Below, in pieces: positions 26,380-41,271 of a stretch of DNA of 64,000 nt. A model generated the notes under the pieces. It was not told the DNA's origin and searched no databases. It was given only the letters and a program-made list of their open reading frames with translations. This DNA is from Octopus sinensis (lineage: Eukaryota), in assembly GCF_006345805.1 (NCBI RefSeq), contig NC_042998.1:44702001-44766000 (forward strand). Direction: 5' to 3'. How positions within the stretch are numbered: position 1 is the first letter of the stretch; each line of letters begins with the position of its first letter. The translations under genes were made by a program, and so were the position numbers.

Positions 26380-28650
26380 GACAATCTAAGACGGATTTTA
26401 CTCAAGTCTCACTAACAAAACAGAAAGTGCATAAAATTATAAGTTAGGAATATGTCTTGATTGTAGATGCATAATTTTGAAACACGTTCTACTCACAAAA
26501 GATGAACTGGATGAATATACTGAAGCAACATTGAATCTCAACAATTGAAAGAGGACAGTTTACAGAGAGACTGCATTAACGAAAACAGAAGTATCACTCA
26601 GAAAATAAACAACTAAAATAGAGACAGTGGGTACATAGATAATGAATATAGCCCTTATAGGTGCAATAACACCCAAGATAAATAAAAGTAAACAAAATAA
26701 AATTGTAGAACATCTACATATACTAACCGACAACAAAACGAAATTCAACAACAGAAAGAGAAATAAAAGTGTATATGAGGGTGATTAAGCATTGGAAGTT
26801 CTAAATGTGGAAGCCATGAACATGACAATCGAGTGATGGAAATAATTAAGGAATTCAAAACAACTTTCCATTAATGAAGAATGGAGTCACCTAATGATAG
26901 ATGTCAAAAATGAAATCACAGTAACAATAAAAAAACACGAATTTCATCGCAAACCTAATGAATACAAAGGAAGGCATCACTATTAAAAGGCTAAACGAAA
27001 TAATATATGCAACAGCGATTGTAGTTACTAAAGAAAGTGAGTTCCCACTCAGATTTACTCAGATAATAATAATAATAATATCAAACCTAAGCAAACATCA
27101 TGGAAAACAAGCATATGGACATAGATAGAAAATAGAGAAAAGCTCTCCGAATCCTTACTAAAATCAATAATAAAGCGACAGAAGTGAAAGGAAAGGTAGG
27201 ATGGAGAGACTAATACTACAGAAATGTCAACTGAAAACGAAATATTCGACTTCAAAAGACGTTTGAAACAAGAGATTCTGGTTGAGTTATAAAGAATTAA
27301 TGGGCGTGAAAATTCACAGCTATTCTTTGAATAAAACAAACAGTTCGATTTCGACCGAGAAAGAATTTATCAATAACTAGTTAAAAATAAAGTAGATATC
27401 GCTGCAGCACCAACAGCAAGAAAAGCAGGCGAATTTTAGAGACATGCATCGAGGCAGTCATTTTGACGAGATTATTCAAAACAACTAACACAGCAACTGA
27501 ATAATGATGTGAGAACATAACAACACATTAAGAAGCACGGACACTCTCGAAAGTAAATATCTGTAAGTCACAAGACATTATAAGAACTCTAACTCTCAGT
27601 TTAAATATTTACCATGGATTTATAAGCTGCCAGCAGAGATGTTTAACGAGATACTGATGGAGCCAGAGAAAACACCTGACTGGTACTCTCAGGGGCAACA
27701 TTAAAGAAACGGCGAACCCTAAAACCTGCTGAACCATAAGCTGCCTTTCTACAGCTTGCGCCAATGTCTTAACGGAATTAATATGATAGAGGATAAATAA
27801 ATAAATAAATGCAACGCGTTTTCAGAAAAAGCAGAATGGATATAGCAATACCTAATGTAGTTGTAAATATGGATTAATGATCAATAAACTCAGAACGAAA
27901 AATAGTAGAAGAATGAAGAGTATGAGAATGGCAGTGATTGACTAAAAGAAGGCTTTTAATACTGTTTCTCCATATAGTTTATGTATTTCTGTATTAAACA
28001 TGTCACTAACTACTCATGATAAAATTACTAATGAAGAAATTGCAAAACTTAATCTAAAACTGAAACTGAAGCGTTCTTGATTGCATAATGTATTCGTAGT
28101 TTTCAGGAACAACCAAAAACATAGAATGATGTAACATACATCAAGTAACTCAGGAATATACAAAATGATGGGAAAGCATTTAATCTCGCTGTCTTTAGCT
28201 GCTCAGTTTTACCTAACGGAGAATATATAAACAGACATGACATAGTTGAGATGTTCATACACTGGAAATTGTTCTCGCATACTAAAATAGCAACAGAAAA
28301 CTATAAACGTATATCTAAAAAGGTTTCAGTGAATGACAAAGCCGCTGTATCCGGGAATCTGCAAATCAAGGTTTATTAGCTATCATTTTAATATCCCAGG
28401 CATTCTCTGGGGACTACTACGAAAGTAAGTTCTTCTAATCAAAGTTCAGCCGCTGCAAACGTTGTTGTACTTCCAACAAAAATTGAGAAAGCATACGAAA
28501 TCCGGAAATAACCAGAATAATTGATGCCTTGGGAATTATTAAAACTTGGCAAATACATAACCAAAACCATCGGGTTCACAAATATGCACAACTTATAGAA
28601 CAATACTCCTACAAGGCACTATATACATATTTAGATCAACTCTAAATGCG
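26380..28650 (+). pseudogene. Degraded, internally deleted R4/Dong-like element (N-terminal, RT and REL remnants)
   Basis: Remnants LNEIIYATAIVV, TANPKTCxTISCL (for KNYRPITCL), a decayed IDxKKAF region near 27940, RHDIVEMFIHWKL, and a C-terminus GKYITKTIGFTNMHNL that is homologous to the copy at 15456. Confidence 0.55.
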
Positions 28651-28795
28651 ACAGAAGCAAACGGAAGACATGCACATACTCAAGGATGCCCTCAGTACAA
28701 TGAATGCATACAAGAATAAAACCACTGAAACAGTAATCGTTTCTAATTTAAGCACAAAACCATCGAGTTTTGATGGAAGGGATTTAGTTGATACC

Positions 28796-29398
28796 TATTT
28801 CTTTATTACCCACAAGGGGCTAAACATAGAGGGGACAAACAAGGACAGATAAACCGATTAAGTCGATTACATCGACCCCAGTGCGTAACTGGTACTTAAT
28901 TTATCGACCCCGAAAGGATGAAAGGCAAAGTCGATCTCGGCGGAAATTGAACTCAGAACGTAGTGGCAGACGAAATACCTATTTCTTTATTACCCACAAG
29001 GAGCTAAACATAGAGGGGATAAACAAGGACAGACATAGGTATTAAGTCGATTACATCGACCCCAGTGCGTAACTGGTACTTAATTTATAGACCCCGAAAG
29101 GATGAAAGGCAAAGTCGACCTCAGCGGAAATTGAACTCAGAACGTAGCGGCAGACGAAATACCTATTTCTTTATTACCCACAAGGGGCTAAACATAGAGG
29201 GGATAAGCAAGGACAGACATAGGTATTAAGTCGATTACATCGACCCCAGTGCGTAACTGGTACTTAATTTATCGACCCCGAAAGGATGAAAGGTAAAGTC
29301 GACCTCGGCGGAATTTTAACTCACAACGTAACGGCAGACGAAATACCGCTAAGCATTTTGCCCGGCCTACTAACGATTCTGCCAGCTCGCCGCCTTAA
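28796..29398 (-). mobile_element. SINE family A concatemer: three 184-bp units plus one head, with one 14-bp target-site duplication
   Basis: tacc junction registers at 28792, 28976, 29160 and 29344. Duplication atttagttgatacc at 28782-28795 and 29399-29412. Confidence 0.9.
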
Positions 29399-29904
29399 AT
29401 TTAGTTGATACCATCGACCTCTCGGTACTTTATTTTCCCGATCCTGAAAAGATGGAAGTTAATGTTGACCTCTGTGGAATTTGAAACCGAAAAGTAAAAA
29501 TAGTGTCAGAAGAAACACCGCAGAGAATGAATCTCGTTCACTGGTTTGACAAGGACAAGACAAAATGTGCAGTGGAATATACACTTAGCTGGTATTCATT
29601 TTATTGATCCTTTAGGTACGAAGAAAACAGTTTTTTAAGTACTGTATTGATTCTACCATCTCAAAGTCCATACTGTTGTAAAATGAACTTATAGACCATC
29701 AGTGGTATAAGCATACCCCTGGTGGTGAATGGCAGAACTTTAAAGGGTTAATAGATGTTCAGAGTTAAATCTTCTAGATCACGAAATAATCATCCTCAAA
29801 TTTCTCAGATCCTTTTTCTATACTTATAATAACGTGGTCGCCATGTTAGACCATCATATCTAGTATTTGTTGGAACTGAACAAACTGTACTTGTATGTTA
29901 TAAA

Positions 29905-30048
29905 TATTAGGTTGTCCCAAAAGTTCGTAAACACTTGCGAAAATTGAATTTTTACTCGCCAAGTACTAACAAAAACAACAAAAATTATTCCTCAAAATAA
30001 AGAGCATTATTTTCCAAGACTTTCTACGAACTTTTGGGACAACCTTAT
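29905..30048. mobile_element. Mariner-type MITE, about 144 bp
   Basis: TIRs tattaggttgtcccaaaagttcgta and tacgaacttttgggacaaccttata, with TA at the ends. Confidence 0.85.
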
Positions 30049-31356
30049 AACACAAAAGATGGCGTAAAGTCTTGTGGTTGTTGATGCTGTTGGTGATGTT
30101 ATTATTCTTTCTTTCTTTTTTCTCTTCTTCTTCTCCTCAACCTTATCCTCCTCCCCCTCGCCCTTCTTTTTCTCGTTTAACCCAGGTTAAACTTCACTGC
30201 ACACACCTATGATCAAAGATGCTCAGTATGAAGGACTATATAGTCAAATGTATTTTTCTTTATTAGAGAGAAGTTGTAATTTGCAGGATATTTCTAGCTG
30301 TTAGTTCAAGCGTAGCTTAGAAATTCTGCTCCCGAGTTAGCTCCTATTATAAGTATATTTGATAAGCGTAGTAACTATTTCTTTGTGCTATTTTATGAGG
30401 CTAGATTGTTGTACGGTCTTCCGGGGATATTAACGAGGTGATCCTGGTCTCAGTTCGTAGGAAGTAGTGCAAGAAAATTATCGATCTAACATAAGATGAA
30501 AGTGTATTCCCATAGCACATGGATCAAAAATTCAAACAACAATGAGAACAATAACGCGATAAAGTTCCACATTTGAATATCCCTGACCATAAACAGCGTT
30601 GAATGATCTCTCTCTAAATATATTAAACATATTAACACACTCGCTGTGTAGTGTCCTTATCTACAATTTTGTTTTAAAAGTATTCAGTGTTAATGTATAC
30701 GACTATTATTTCTATAGCAAACATTAAGGTAAAATATATTCATTATCTTAATCGCAAGCAATTTTTGTAACTTCTAACTGAAAAAAAACACACCTGATAT
30801 TTGTCGTACAATTCATAAAATTATGCGATAAATAGAACACACATGCACACACACACACACACGCACACACACAAACACACACAAACACATACACATAGAC
30901 ACACACACATATATATACACTGTATATAATTGTATTATATATATGTGCGTGTGTCTGAGTGTGTGTACGTGCGTGTGTGTGTTGTGTGAGTATATGGTAC
31001 TGATATTATATAAGAAGAATATATGTATATAAATAGACTTATATATATATAAACACATACACACACACACATACATGCGTGTGTGTGTGTGTATGTGATC
31101 GATATTAATAGTTTATTATAAATATTCATTCATTATTCATCCTGATTCCTTTTTCCAGATTCATATCAAATTCAGAGGATGATTTATATTGTTTTTGTTT
31201 TTTCTGGTCTGTTGAATGTTTATCTGTGTGGATTTCTGAGTGGTTCAGCCAGCGTATCTTATATATCGTTATCCTCCAAATAGGCGAAACAAAACTGTTT
31301 CCAGATATATTGTTTCTCTCATCTTGTTTAAATTCATTTCAGGTATTAATGTTTTC

Positions 31357-31359
<3 letters not shown>

Positions 31360-31416
<57 letters not shown>

Positions 31417-31432
31417 TTATATATATATATAT

Positions 31433-31473
<41 letters not shown>

Positions 31474-31491
31474 TATATACATATATATATT

Positions 31492-31522
<31 letters not shown>

Positions 31523-31534
31523 TTATATATATAT

Positions 31535-31577
<43 letters not shown>

Positions 31578-31733
31578 CATATATATATATATTTTATATA
31601 AATGCACACATATATGTATATATACATATACATACATATTTATATACACATACATGCATATTATTATATCATATAGATATATATCATATAGATATATATC
31701 ATATATATGGTATGTAATATATGTATATGTGTC

Positions 31734-31772
<39 letters not shown>

Positions 31773-31775
31773 TAT
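31360..31775. repeat. Complex (TA)n-dominated microsatellite
   Basis: Directly visible. Confidence 0.9.
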
Positions 31776-31787
31776 ATAATATGTCGT

Positions 31788-32030
31788 GGAGGCGCGTGGC
31801 TTAGTGTGTTGAACTCATGATCATAAGTTTTTGGTTTCGATTCCTGGACCGAGCGACGCGTTGTGTTCTTGAGCGAAACACTTCATTTCACATTGCTCCA
31901 TCCCATTGAACTGGCAAAAATGAGTAATCGTGCGACGGACCGGCATCCCGTCCAGGTGGGGGAATTTCTACGCCACTGAAACCGAGAAGCCGGCCCTTAT
32001 GAGCCTGGCATCTCTCGCGAAGAAACATTT
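31788..32030 (+). mobile_element. tRNA-derived SINE family D; related copies at 55249-55497 (+) and 42560-42900 (-)
   Basis: ggaggcgcgtggcttagt..ggtttcgattcctggaccg..gtgttcttgagc.aaacac head. The 55249 copy has the 14-bp duplication tagggtaactcaag at 55235-55248 and 55498-55511. Confidence 0.8.
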
Positions 32031-32315
32031 ATTAATATTTTTCATATATATGTCATGTATATAACATACTATTGTATAGATATATTATATATGATATCTA
32101 TATATATTTTATATAATATTATACATATTATAAATAATATATAAACAATATGATATATATTTATAATATATGCAATATGAATAGATACAATGTATATTAT
32201 ACACATACATACTTATGTGTATTTGTGTGTGTGTGTGCATGTGTATGTGTATGCTAAATCCCTTTCCTTCACTCATTATATATATGTACGGATGGATTTG
32301 TGTGTGTGAGTAAGG

Positions 32316-32354
<39 letters not shown>

Positions 32355-34314
32355 TATATATGCATGCATCAAAGTAGGTTTCGCTGAAAGCGCACTCGTT
32401 CCTTATATTTATCCTTGCTGGATATTTTTACTGGAAGATAAAGTGCTTGCAAACGTTTTTAAGCCAATATTTTCGATTTCTTTCGAGTGCCAAACCAATG
32501 TGTTGATATTAAGCACTTGACACAAAATGCAGCATGAGATATAGATTTTGTTTTTGTTGTTTATAAGGAAATTTCTGGATTCCTCCTAGCCCTGTTGCAA
32601 AGTTCTTTTTTTTTTATATATTTGTTTTTGATAAAAGCAGCATTATGATAAATGGGATGTATCATATTATAGTATATTATATTATCTTACATTATTTTAT
32701 ATTATATATTTTCATCAGTTTCAAGGAATTGGTATATAAAATATGGAGAAATGATTATTCTAATGGCAATTATATTCATGAGAAATTTGTGTATTACTGG
32801 ATTCCCACAACCACTCACTGATACCAATACCTTCGGAAGCACAGACGCACACGCACAAACACACGCACATACACACAAATACACATACATACACACGCAC
32901 ACATACACACAAGTGTATACAACTAACTTATACGTCGTTTATATTTTGTCGGATTCATTTAATATTAACAGAATAAACGAAACGAAGTTATTCCATGTTT
33001 TTAAGATTTTGCTGATACAACATTACTTTCCTCAGACTGCAATTCTTTACTTCATTAAACAAGAGTTAGCACGCTATCTAAAAGATAACGTTTCGACACT
33101 GATTTGAGCCTTATATAGAGAGATTATTTGGGGATATATCTTTGCGTCAAAATAAGAAAGTAGATATCAAACGGAAAGGAAAAATATCAAAAGAAGAGTT
33201 AAGCAACCCTGAGATAGACGATTTCTCATTATCATGAAATATTCAGACCTAGGTAAGCCCTGAATAAATAGAGCTACAATAAGTGCTTACCAGCCGTGAC
33301 CAGCAGTTTCTTATATATTTTTAAAACGGCAAATACATTATCTAGTGTTAGTGTTTAAAACGGCCTTCCATTTGAAAGGTGGCAAGTTGTAATTTGATTA
33401 AGACACAGCTACTAATCACTCGCAAATTAATCGATCGCGTTGCCATCTTTTATTTGTTACAATTAAACAAGATCGATAATGAATAATAAAAAGCCTTACA
33501 GTTCTATATGAAAATAGTGTAAAGTCCATTTGCTGAAGTGCTACAACGTAGCACTTCGTTGTGAGCCGAGTATATGGGACTAATGAGCTAACATGGTAGC
33601 AAAATATTGATATCTGACGTTCATGTTCATCTTCAGTGTGAGATGACACGCCTCTTCTGGGAGATCCAGAGTCCTTTAACACTCGTTGATGTCAAGGGAC
33701 TCTTCTGCTGATGCAATTCCCGTTGCTAATGGGCGTATAAAGAGAACACATATATCATGTACGTGTCGTCGATAATGTAATATTATAATTAAAAAATATC
33801 ACAAATCTTTTTAAAACAGCTGTCCAGAGTTTTCTGGTCGAAACGATAATTTATTTCGCCATTTTGTCAGTTGTATTTTAGGCTGATAACATTTAAGGAA
33901 GTGATGCTGGTAAAGAAGACAAGAAAACCACAATAATTTGACGTTACAATAATTTGATGCCATCACATGTAAACAAGATGTTAAAGCAAGATGTTAAAAC
34001 AAGATTTTAATGGTTTACTAAGTGTCTGGTGGCCTACATTTAAATTCCGACTAGATGCATTTCTTGAAATGCAGACATACATGAAAATGACATGCGGACA
34101 TACAGGAGAAAATTTCGTTCCTCGAGTTTATTCGTCGGAGGTTCTCAACTTTTGTAAGAGACACGATTTTTCAAGCCAACATACTGAACATTTTTGGACC
34201 CGGTAATATAGGGATTGTATTTGTATGTATGTATGTATGAATGTATGTATGTAAGCATGGATGGATGGATATGGAGAGTGGACAAACACAGACACAAAGC
34301 CACACACGCATATG

Positions 34315-34356
<42 letters not shown>

Positions 34357-34496
34357 CTACTACGAGAATATATAAATCTTTCGTAGCGATGGTTCCATAT
34401 AAGTAACACTAGTTTAATACATTATATTGTTAAGAAGTATCCCTACAATAGATATATTATAAATATCAAATATTATTAAATAAGAAAACGGAGAGA

Positions 34497-34720
34497 TTTA
34501 CACTCAATACAAATTACAAACATATGGAATAAAATAAGTTTGCATTTTGAAGATTTGGGAGCAAATATCCTCAGGGCAAAAAGACAAGTCTTTTGGAGTA
34601 TCTCAACAGGTCAACATGTATTTTCCTTAATGTCCTTTCGCCCTGATGATATTTTACTCTAAATCTTCGGAATGCAAACTTATCTTATTCTAAATGTTAG
34701 TAATTTGTATTGAGTGTAAA
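34497..34720. repeat. Foldback element: 90-bp inverted arms, 44-bp spacer
   Basis: 34497-34586 is a close imperfect reverse complement of 34631-34720. Confidence 0.85.
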
Positions 34721-35919
34721 TTGAAACAATTATAGGCAATGTTAATAAACAAATTAATTTATATCCATTAAATCTTCCCATTTTCTTGTATAGCACACAT
34801 TGTCTATAAGTACCCGACTGCTAACCACTTCCATTCACCACCGAAACAATCACATATGCGCCATTCATACCGCAAACGTGTACTTTGAATGCATCTACGG
34901 CCGCTTTCGCTCCTTAAAAAAAAAACATTTTAATTTTAAACCCCTTTTTCCGTTGTCCATTTTCTAAATCTCCAATTAGCATGTGCTTACTTTCTTCTCT
35001 ATTTGACTGACTTCTCGATTTATCCTCTCTGATTTAACTACATCACAGCCCATTTTAATTCGCATGACCACACAGAAAACCCACAATTTAGAAGTAACTT
35101 TCGCGCTAGATCTTGATAAAAAAAAAAGCCCCGTATGAATGACACTCATGCGCACATACAAATCAACTATCTGCATTGCACAAGAATTCAAACTCACAAT
35201 ACTACCTCATATAACGTCACCGTTTTCTGTATTTGCGTAGACACACACAAGCAAGCTTACATTGGCTGAAATCAGGTGCACAGACTCACAAGCTCAACAT
35301 GCATTATACACTTATACGCAATCATATTACACACTTACACACATAATGTTCACCACCCCACTCACCCAAATACCAGCCAATTTTCACTTACACACACACA
35401 TTGTTACACGCACTTGCACCAAAACAAACACGTCCGCAAACAAATTTCTCACAAGATTGGAACCTAGATTACATAGACTCTGATCCCTGCCGCTATACAT
35501 CTAACCGTTCCTCCCTTTGCGACTGCACCTCATAAGATAACCTCTTCACTAGATTTTAATCTTTCCAATCTCCATCCTTTGCACATACACGCACACGCGC
35601 CCGCGCCCGCACAGACAGATAGACACCCCTCCCCCACACACGCGCAGAGCTTCTTTTAGCTTGGTTTCCTTTCATCCTATTTTCTTTCAGAACAACAAGG
35701 ATACAACATTCTCCTTTCAAGCATAACTAATACTTTATCGAAGTATTTAGTATTTTCTGAGTTGTATTTTAACAGGTTTGCCTATACATCACACACACAC
35801 ACACACACACCACACACACACACATACATACATACATACAAACACATACACACACTATGAAAATAGAAGGGAAAGCAACTTAAACTATATCACTTATATG
35901 CATGCAGACTCATTTACAA

Positions 35920-36175
35920 ATCGTTGCTATTATGCAAAAGTGTCGTAAGTCCAAAACGTTGCTTTTTCAGAAAACGAAAAAATAGTTTCACCATTCCATA
36001 GCAAAACCGTTGTACTATACTGTGACAATTTTTGATTTCTTGGCAAATGAAGCAGCTGTAGATACGATAATTTGACCAAAATAACCGGCTATTGCAAGCA
36101 AAAATAAATATTTTTAAAAAACAGCGCATTTGGCCAAATTTGGATATACCACAGTTTAACATAATAGCAATGATA
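35920..36175. mobile_element. MITE with imperfect TIRs of about 35 bp; second copy at 54569-54819
   Basis: Ends atcgttgctattatg and cataatagcaatgata. Two alignable copies about 18.6 kb apart. Confidence 0.75.
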
Positions 36176-36561
36176 TGTGCATTTAGAGAAACTACTGTAC
36201 GCATGCGCTAGCACATACACACACAGGCTTGCATGCTCACAAGCACACATGCATATAAATGAATTCTAATGAATTGGTATCCTTTGGCGATTTATTGCAC
36301 CTCGTTTTCAATTTGCTTCATTGATTTTTTTGTGACATTTTTACATCAATATTTCCATTTTGCTACAAATGATTTATATGTGCATAGTACATATCTGCAA
36401 TACACACAGGCACACACCCTCACGTGCAAACACACGCACACATACACATACACACGTACAAAGTTATATATACTGACAAGTAGCGTTCATGCGTACCAAC
36501 AAGCATTCACACACACGCGCGCACACGCATGCTCACACACGCCCTTGTACACAAAGCGATA

Positions 36562-36790
36562 TGGCAGAATCGTTAGCAGGCCGGGCGAAATGCTTAGCGG
36601 TATTTCGTCTGCGGTTACGTTCTGAGTTCAAATCCCGCCGAGGTCGACTTTGCCTTTCATCCTTTCGGGGTCGATTAAATAAGTACCAGTTACGCACTGG
36701 GGTCGATATAATCGACTTAATCCGTTTGTCTGTCCTTGTTTGTCCCCTCTGTGTTTAGCCCCTTGTGGGTAGTGAAGAAATAGGTATTTT
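36562..36790 (+). mobile_element. SINE family A monomer
   Basis: tggcagaatcgttagc..gagttcaaatcccgccgaggtcgactttgcctttcatcctttcggggtcg..gaaataggtattt. Confidence 0.9.
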
Positions 36791-39031
36791 GGAGTAACCA
36801 ACAAGTACAATTTACTAACGTTAACTGCATGAAACTTTAAGATACGCGGAAATTATCCTGGTTGCGAGTACACACTTATATATTCTTCTAACGTAGTTGC
36901 CTATTGAACAGTTAACGTTTTTACAGGAAAAGGACAAGAAAGGCTAAATAAAAATTGATGTATGTACTTGTACGTGTGTTTGTGTATTTCTGTGTATGTC
37001 AGTAGTGGCGCGCTCTTGTATGTATCTGTATTTTTATGACAGTTTTTATTGGTTATTCTCCTCATCCGCCAACTTTACCAGCAAAACTCTTTATTCTGCA
37101 TTTTGTAAAGTTATTCTTCCCTTAATGTTCCTTCTCTAAATTTTGTTAATATTTTGAACAAATTTATCTTATCAGTTAGGAGGTTGTTTTATTTTATTTT
37201 CTGTGAAACCAAGTTCGGCGTTTTGCTCATTTGTGTATATATTTGTTTTGTTTTTTGTTCTTGAGATATTTATAGATAGCCTATTTTTTTTTTATTGGGT
37301 AAATGATCAAAACAAAGCTGATAATGTGTTTGGGAAACTGAAAAGCTCACACAGCAAACACAATATCTGTAGTTCATAAATATGATCCATAAATATTATA
37401 ATATTTTACCGCGTAAATATGGAGTAGTTAGGGCAGGAAAGTACTTGTTTATATTCATATTATCCCAGATAATAACATCATGGTGATTTCCTCCTGGTAA
37501 TAATAGATTTAAGCATTAACTTAGTTTTATGTATATCCGTAAATTCCATTTATATAATCAAAATCTTTCATTAGTGGTATATGCGGCCATATTGATAGCA
37601 AATTTCGTATTTCAATCCAGCTGTTTCTGATGCATCTACCTCGTGTGTTGTGAAGAAGAAATGTATTGAAAATGTATTTCACAAGGCTGAATGGATATAT
37701 GTAACATCTCCAGATATCTGTATTAATATCACATGATTTTTAGTTCTTATTTTCTATTTATTTCTTCATGTTTGACCGACCGCATGATTCGTGTCGTAAA
37801 TGCATATGATATCCTACGGTTGGTTTACAGATAAAGATGAAATTTTGTGCATGCTCTACAAGAGATTTTAAAGTGTATATCTTATCTACATTTTTCTATA
37901 TTCTCTTTAACCTTTCGAAAATCTTCATATACATCCTTCCATTCAGTGTTCATTATGTATTCTATATTGGTTGATTTCTTATGAAGCTGTTAAATATATG
38001 TTAGATACATGCTGATCTTTCGTCACGTATTTATATGTGTATATCTATATATACGCATACATATATATATGGATATATGCGTGTGTGTGTGTGTGTGTGT
38101 GTACGTAATTGTTTATATTCATATATGTATATGTGTAGTAATATATATGTAGAGGTAATTATGCGGATAAACAGATTAAATATATTAGATATAATAGTTT
38201 AAGTATGAAATACAAAATATATAGATATGTATACATTCACAACGAGTGGAAATAAAGGGTGAAGACATTTAGACGATGAATATTTAAGTACAAATATATA
38301 GATATTTATATTGATAGATCCAATTTACACAGAGTGCAAACAACAGAGAAAATTAAAGGGGAAGGAGTAAGGTGTTATAAGTCCAATAGCTGTTTCTGAA
38401 GGTTCAAATATTGATCATAATGTTCGTAGATCTAGTTCATCGCAATATGCAGGCCGTTATGGAAGCAATCAACATTAGATAAATCGAGCCTCCGCCATCA
38501 GAGTAGAAAAGATCTTATATTTCAGATCATAATGTAGAGACATTTAACGGCAGACTGATTAAATATGGAGAGCTAGCAGAATTTTGAATACTGTATCTCT
38601 CCAGATTGCTTCCCAATCACATGGTGCCAGGTTCACTCCTACTCCGTGGAAATTTGGGTAAGTGTCTGTCTTCTACTATAGCCTCGGGCCGACCGAAGAC
38701 CTTTCAGTAAATTTGGTGGACAAAACTGAAAGAAGCCTATCGTTTATATGTGTGCCTGTATGCGTGTGCGTGTCAGAGTGTGTGTGTTAGTTGTGTGAGT
38801 GTGTGCATGTGTGTGTGTGTGTCTTTGTGTCTGTGTTTCTCCCTACCAACGCTTGACAACCGGTGTTGGCGTGTTTATGTCCCCGTAAAATAGCGGTTCG
38901 GGAAAAGATCGACAAAGTAGGTACCAGACTTTAAAAAATTTACTGGGGTCAATTCATTCGGCTAAAATAATGGTGCCCTAGCATTACCAGAGTTTAATGA
39001 CTGAAGTGGGTAAAATGTAAGATAAAAATAC

Positions 39032-39392
<361 letters not shown>

Positions 39393-39499
39393 AATGTGTG
39401 TGTGTGTGTATACACAATACACATTCATGTATGGATGGAGGGATATAAAATCCCATTACCCAATCTAAAATTACAGTGTTGGTAATGTTCAAAATGTTT

Positions 39500-40200
39500 G
39501 AATGAAATGAAAAAGCGAACAGAATAATGTTTCATGTTTTCGGTTCAATACTTCAATTTCATCCCTTGTCCCCAAAGGAACTCCTTGTTGACCTCTTCTT
39601 CATTTGTCTTTGTAGCGATGCTTCAATAAACTTCCACATAATTCATGCTGTTATTTGTCATATTTCTATGTCAGTACGGACGTTTACACTTTACAACAAA
39701 ACTACTTCACAACCATAGCGTATTGTTTGCTCATAATGTGCCAAGAAGACAACGTCAATTTATATTTCAGTTGTTCGTCTGTAATTTCAGCTTATACAAA
39801 TCTCCTGTCTGGAATTTCATCTTTCGTGTCCACACACTATTCCTGAATTTTCTTGTATTTGCATTTAATGATTGATGACTGCTCTGTTACATTTTCCGGA
39901 TTACAGGTATCTGCGAATATTTTATTTGCGACCAGTATTTTGTTTCTATTTCGTGTCCAGAGAGATTCAAACTTTTATCGATACCCACTCCGTATTCGTT
40001 CAGCAGACTGTTTTATAACTGCAGCGGTTTATCTAAAGCGTATTAATCTGTCAGTAATGCAAACCGCAAAGAAAATATGTCAATAAGATTTTATGAATTA
40101 GTTCTATACCAGTAGTTCTTAAAGTGGATGTTATCAGTTACCGCGGGATTCTGTAAACGCTTATGGTTGTTTTCTTTGTCAAGGCATCCATGAATGCTTT
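39500..40200 (-). pseudogene. Possible RTE-like LINE remnant
   Basis: Only one recognisable motif, YEQTIRYGCEVV near 39700-39740 (for LLYGCETW); the rest is too decayed. Confidence 0.3.
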
Positions 40201-41141
40201 TGTGATTTAACATTAAATCTATTTTCAAATATTCTATGTTATTACGTATAATGTTGGTAATGCTATATACATAATAACTACAAAGAAGGGGGTGCAGGTT
40301 GAAAGTGACAATAACCTAAAATGCATAGGGAATCACTATTCCAAACCTATTTTTGTATAGACCTACACAACATTCAATAATGTTACATTGCTTAATTTTT
40401 TTCAAACACATACTCAAAATCATATGCAAGCATGTATATATATATATATATATACTCTTTTTCTTGTTTCAGTCATTTGACTGTGGCCTGCTGAAGCACT
40501 GTCTTTAGTCAAGCAAATCGACCCCAGGGCTTATTCTTTGTAAGCTTAGTACTTATTCTATCGGTTCTTTTGCCGAACCGCTAAGTTACGTGGACGTAAA
40601 CACACCAGCATCTGTTGTCAAGCGATATTGGGGGGAAAACACAGACACACAAACACATACACACACATGCATATATATATATGTACATGTGTAGAGGCGC
40701 AATGGCCCAGTGGTTAGGGCAGCGGACTCGCGGTCGTAGGATCGCGGTTTCGATTCCCAGACCGGGCATTGTGAGTGTTTATTGAGTGAAAACACCTAAA
40801 GCTCCATGAGGCTCCGGCATGGGGTGGTGATGATCCCTGCTGTACTCTTTCGCCACAACTTTCTCTCTTTCTTCTGCTCGCTTAGCCTGTGGGCCGGCGT
40901 CACTTGAAGGCTAAAACAATGCGAAGCGCATTGTGACCAGCGATGTGTAGCAACATCTGATAGCCTGGTCGGTCACGGTGTTCACTGTGATATATACATA
41001 TATAAACGGGCTTCTTTCAGTTTCCACTCACAAGGCTTTGGTTGGCCGGAGGCTATAGTAGAAGACACTTGCCCAAGGTGCCACGCAGTGGGACTGAACC
41101 TGGGACCATGTGGTTCGTAAGCAAGCTACTTACTACACAAC

Positions 41142-41192
<51 letters not shown>

Positions 41193-41271
41193 ATATATAC
41201 ATATATATTTATATACATACATGCATACGCACATACTCACATACTCAAACACACACACACATATCAAAAGG

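Noticed and set aside
28796-29398. Regularly spaced repeats as a CRISPR-like array
   Set aside because: The whole 184-bp unit repeats with no unique spacers, and the sequence is a eukaryotic SINE body.
34631-34680. ctgatga in the foldback arm as a hammerhead core
   Set aside because: No GAAA follows a closed stem II.
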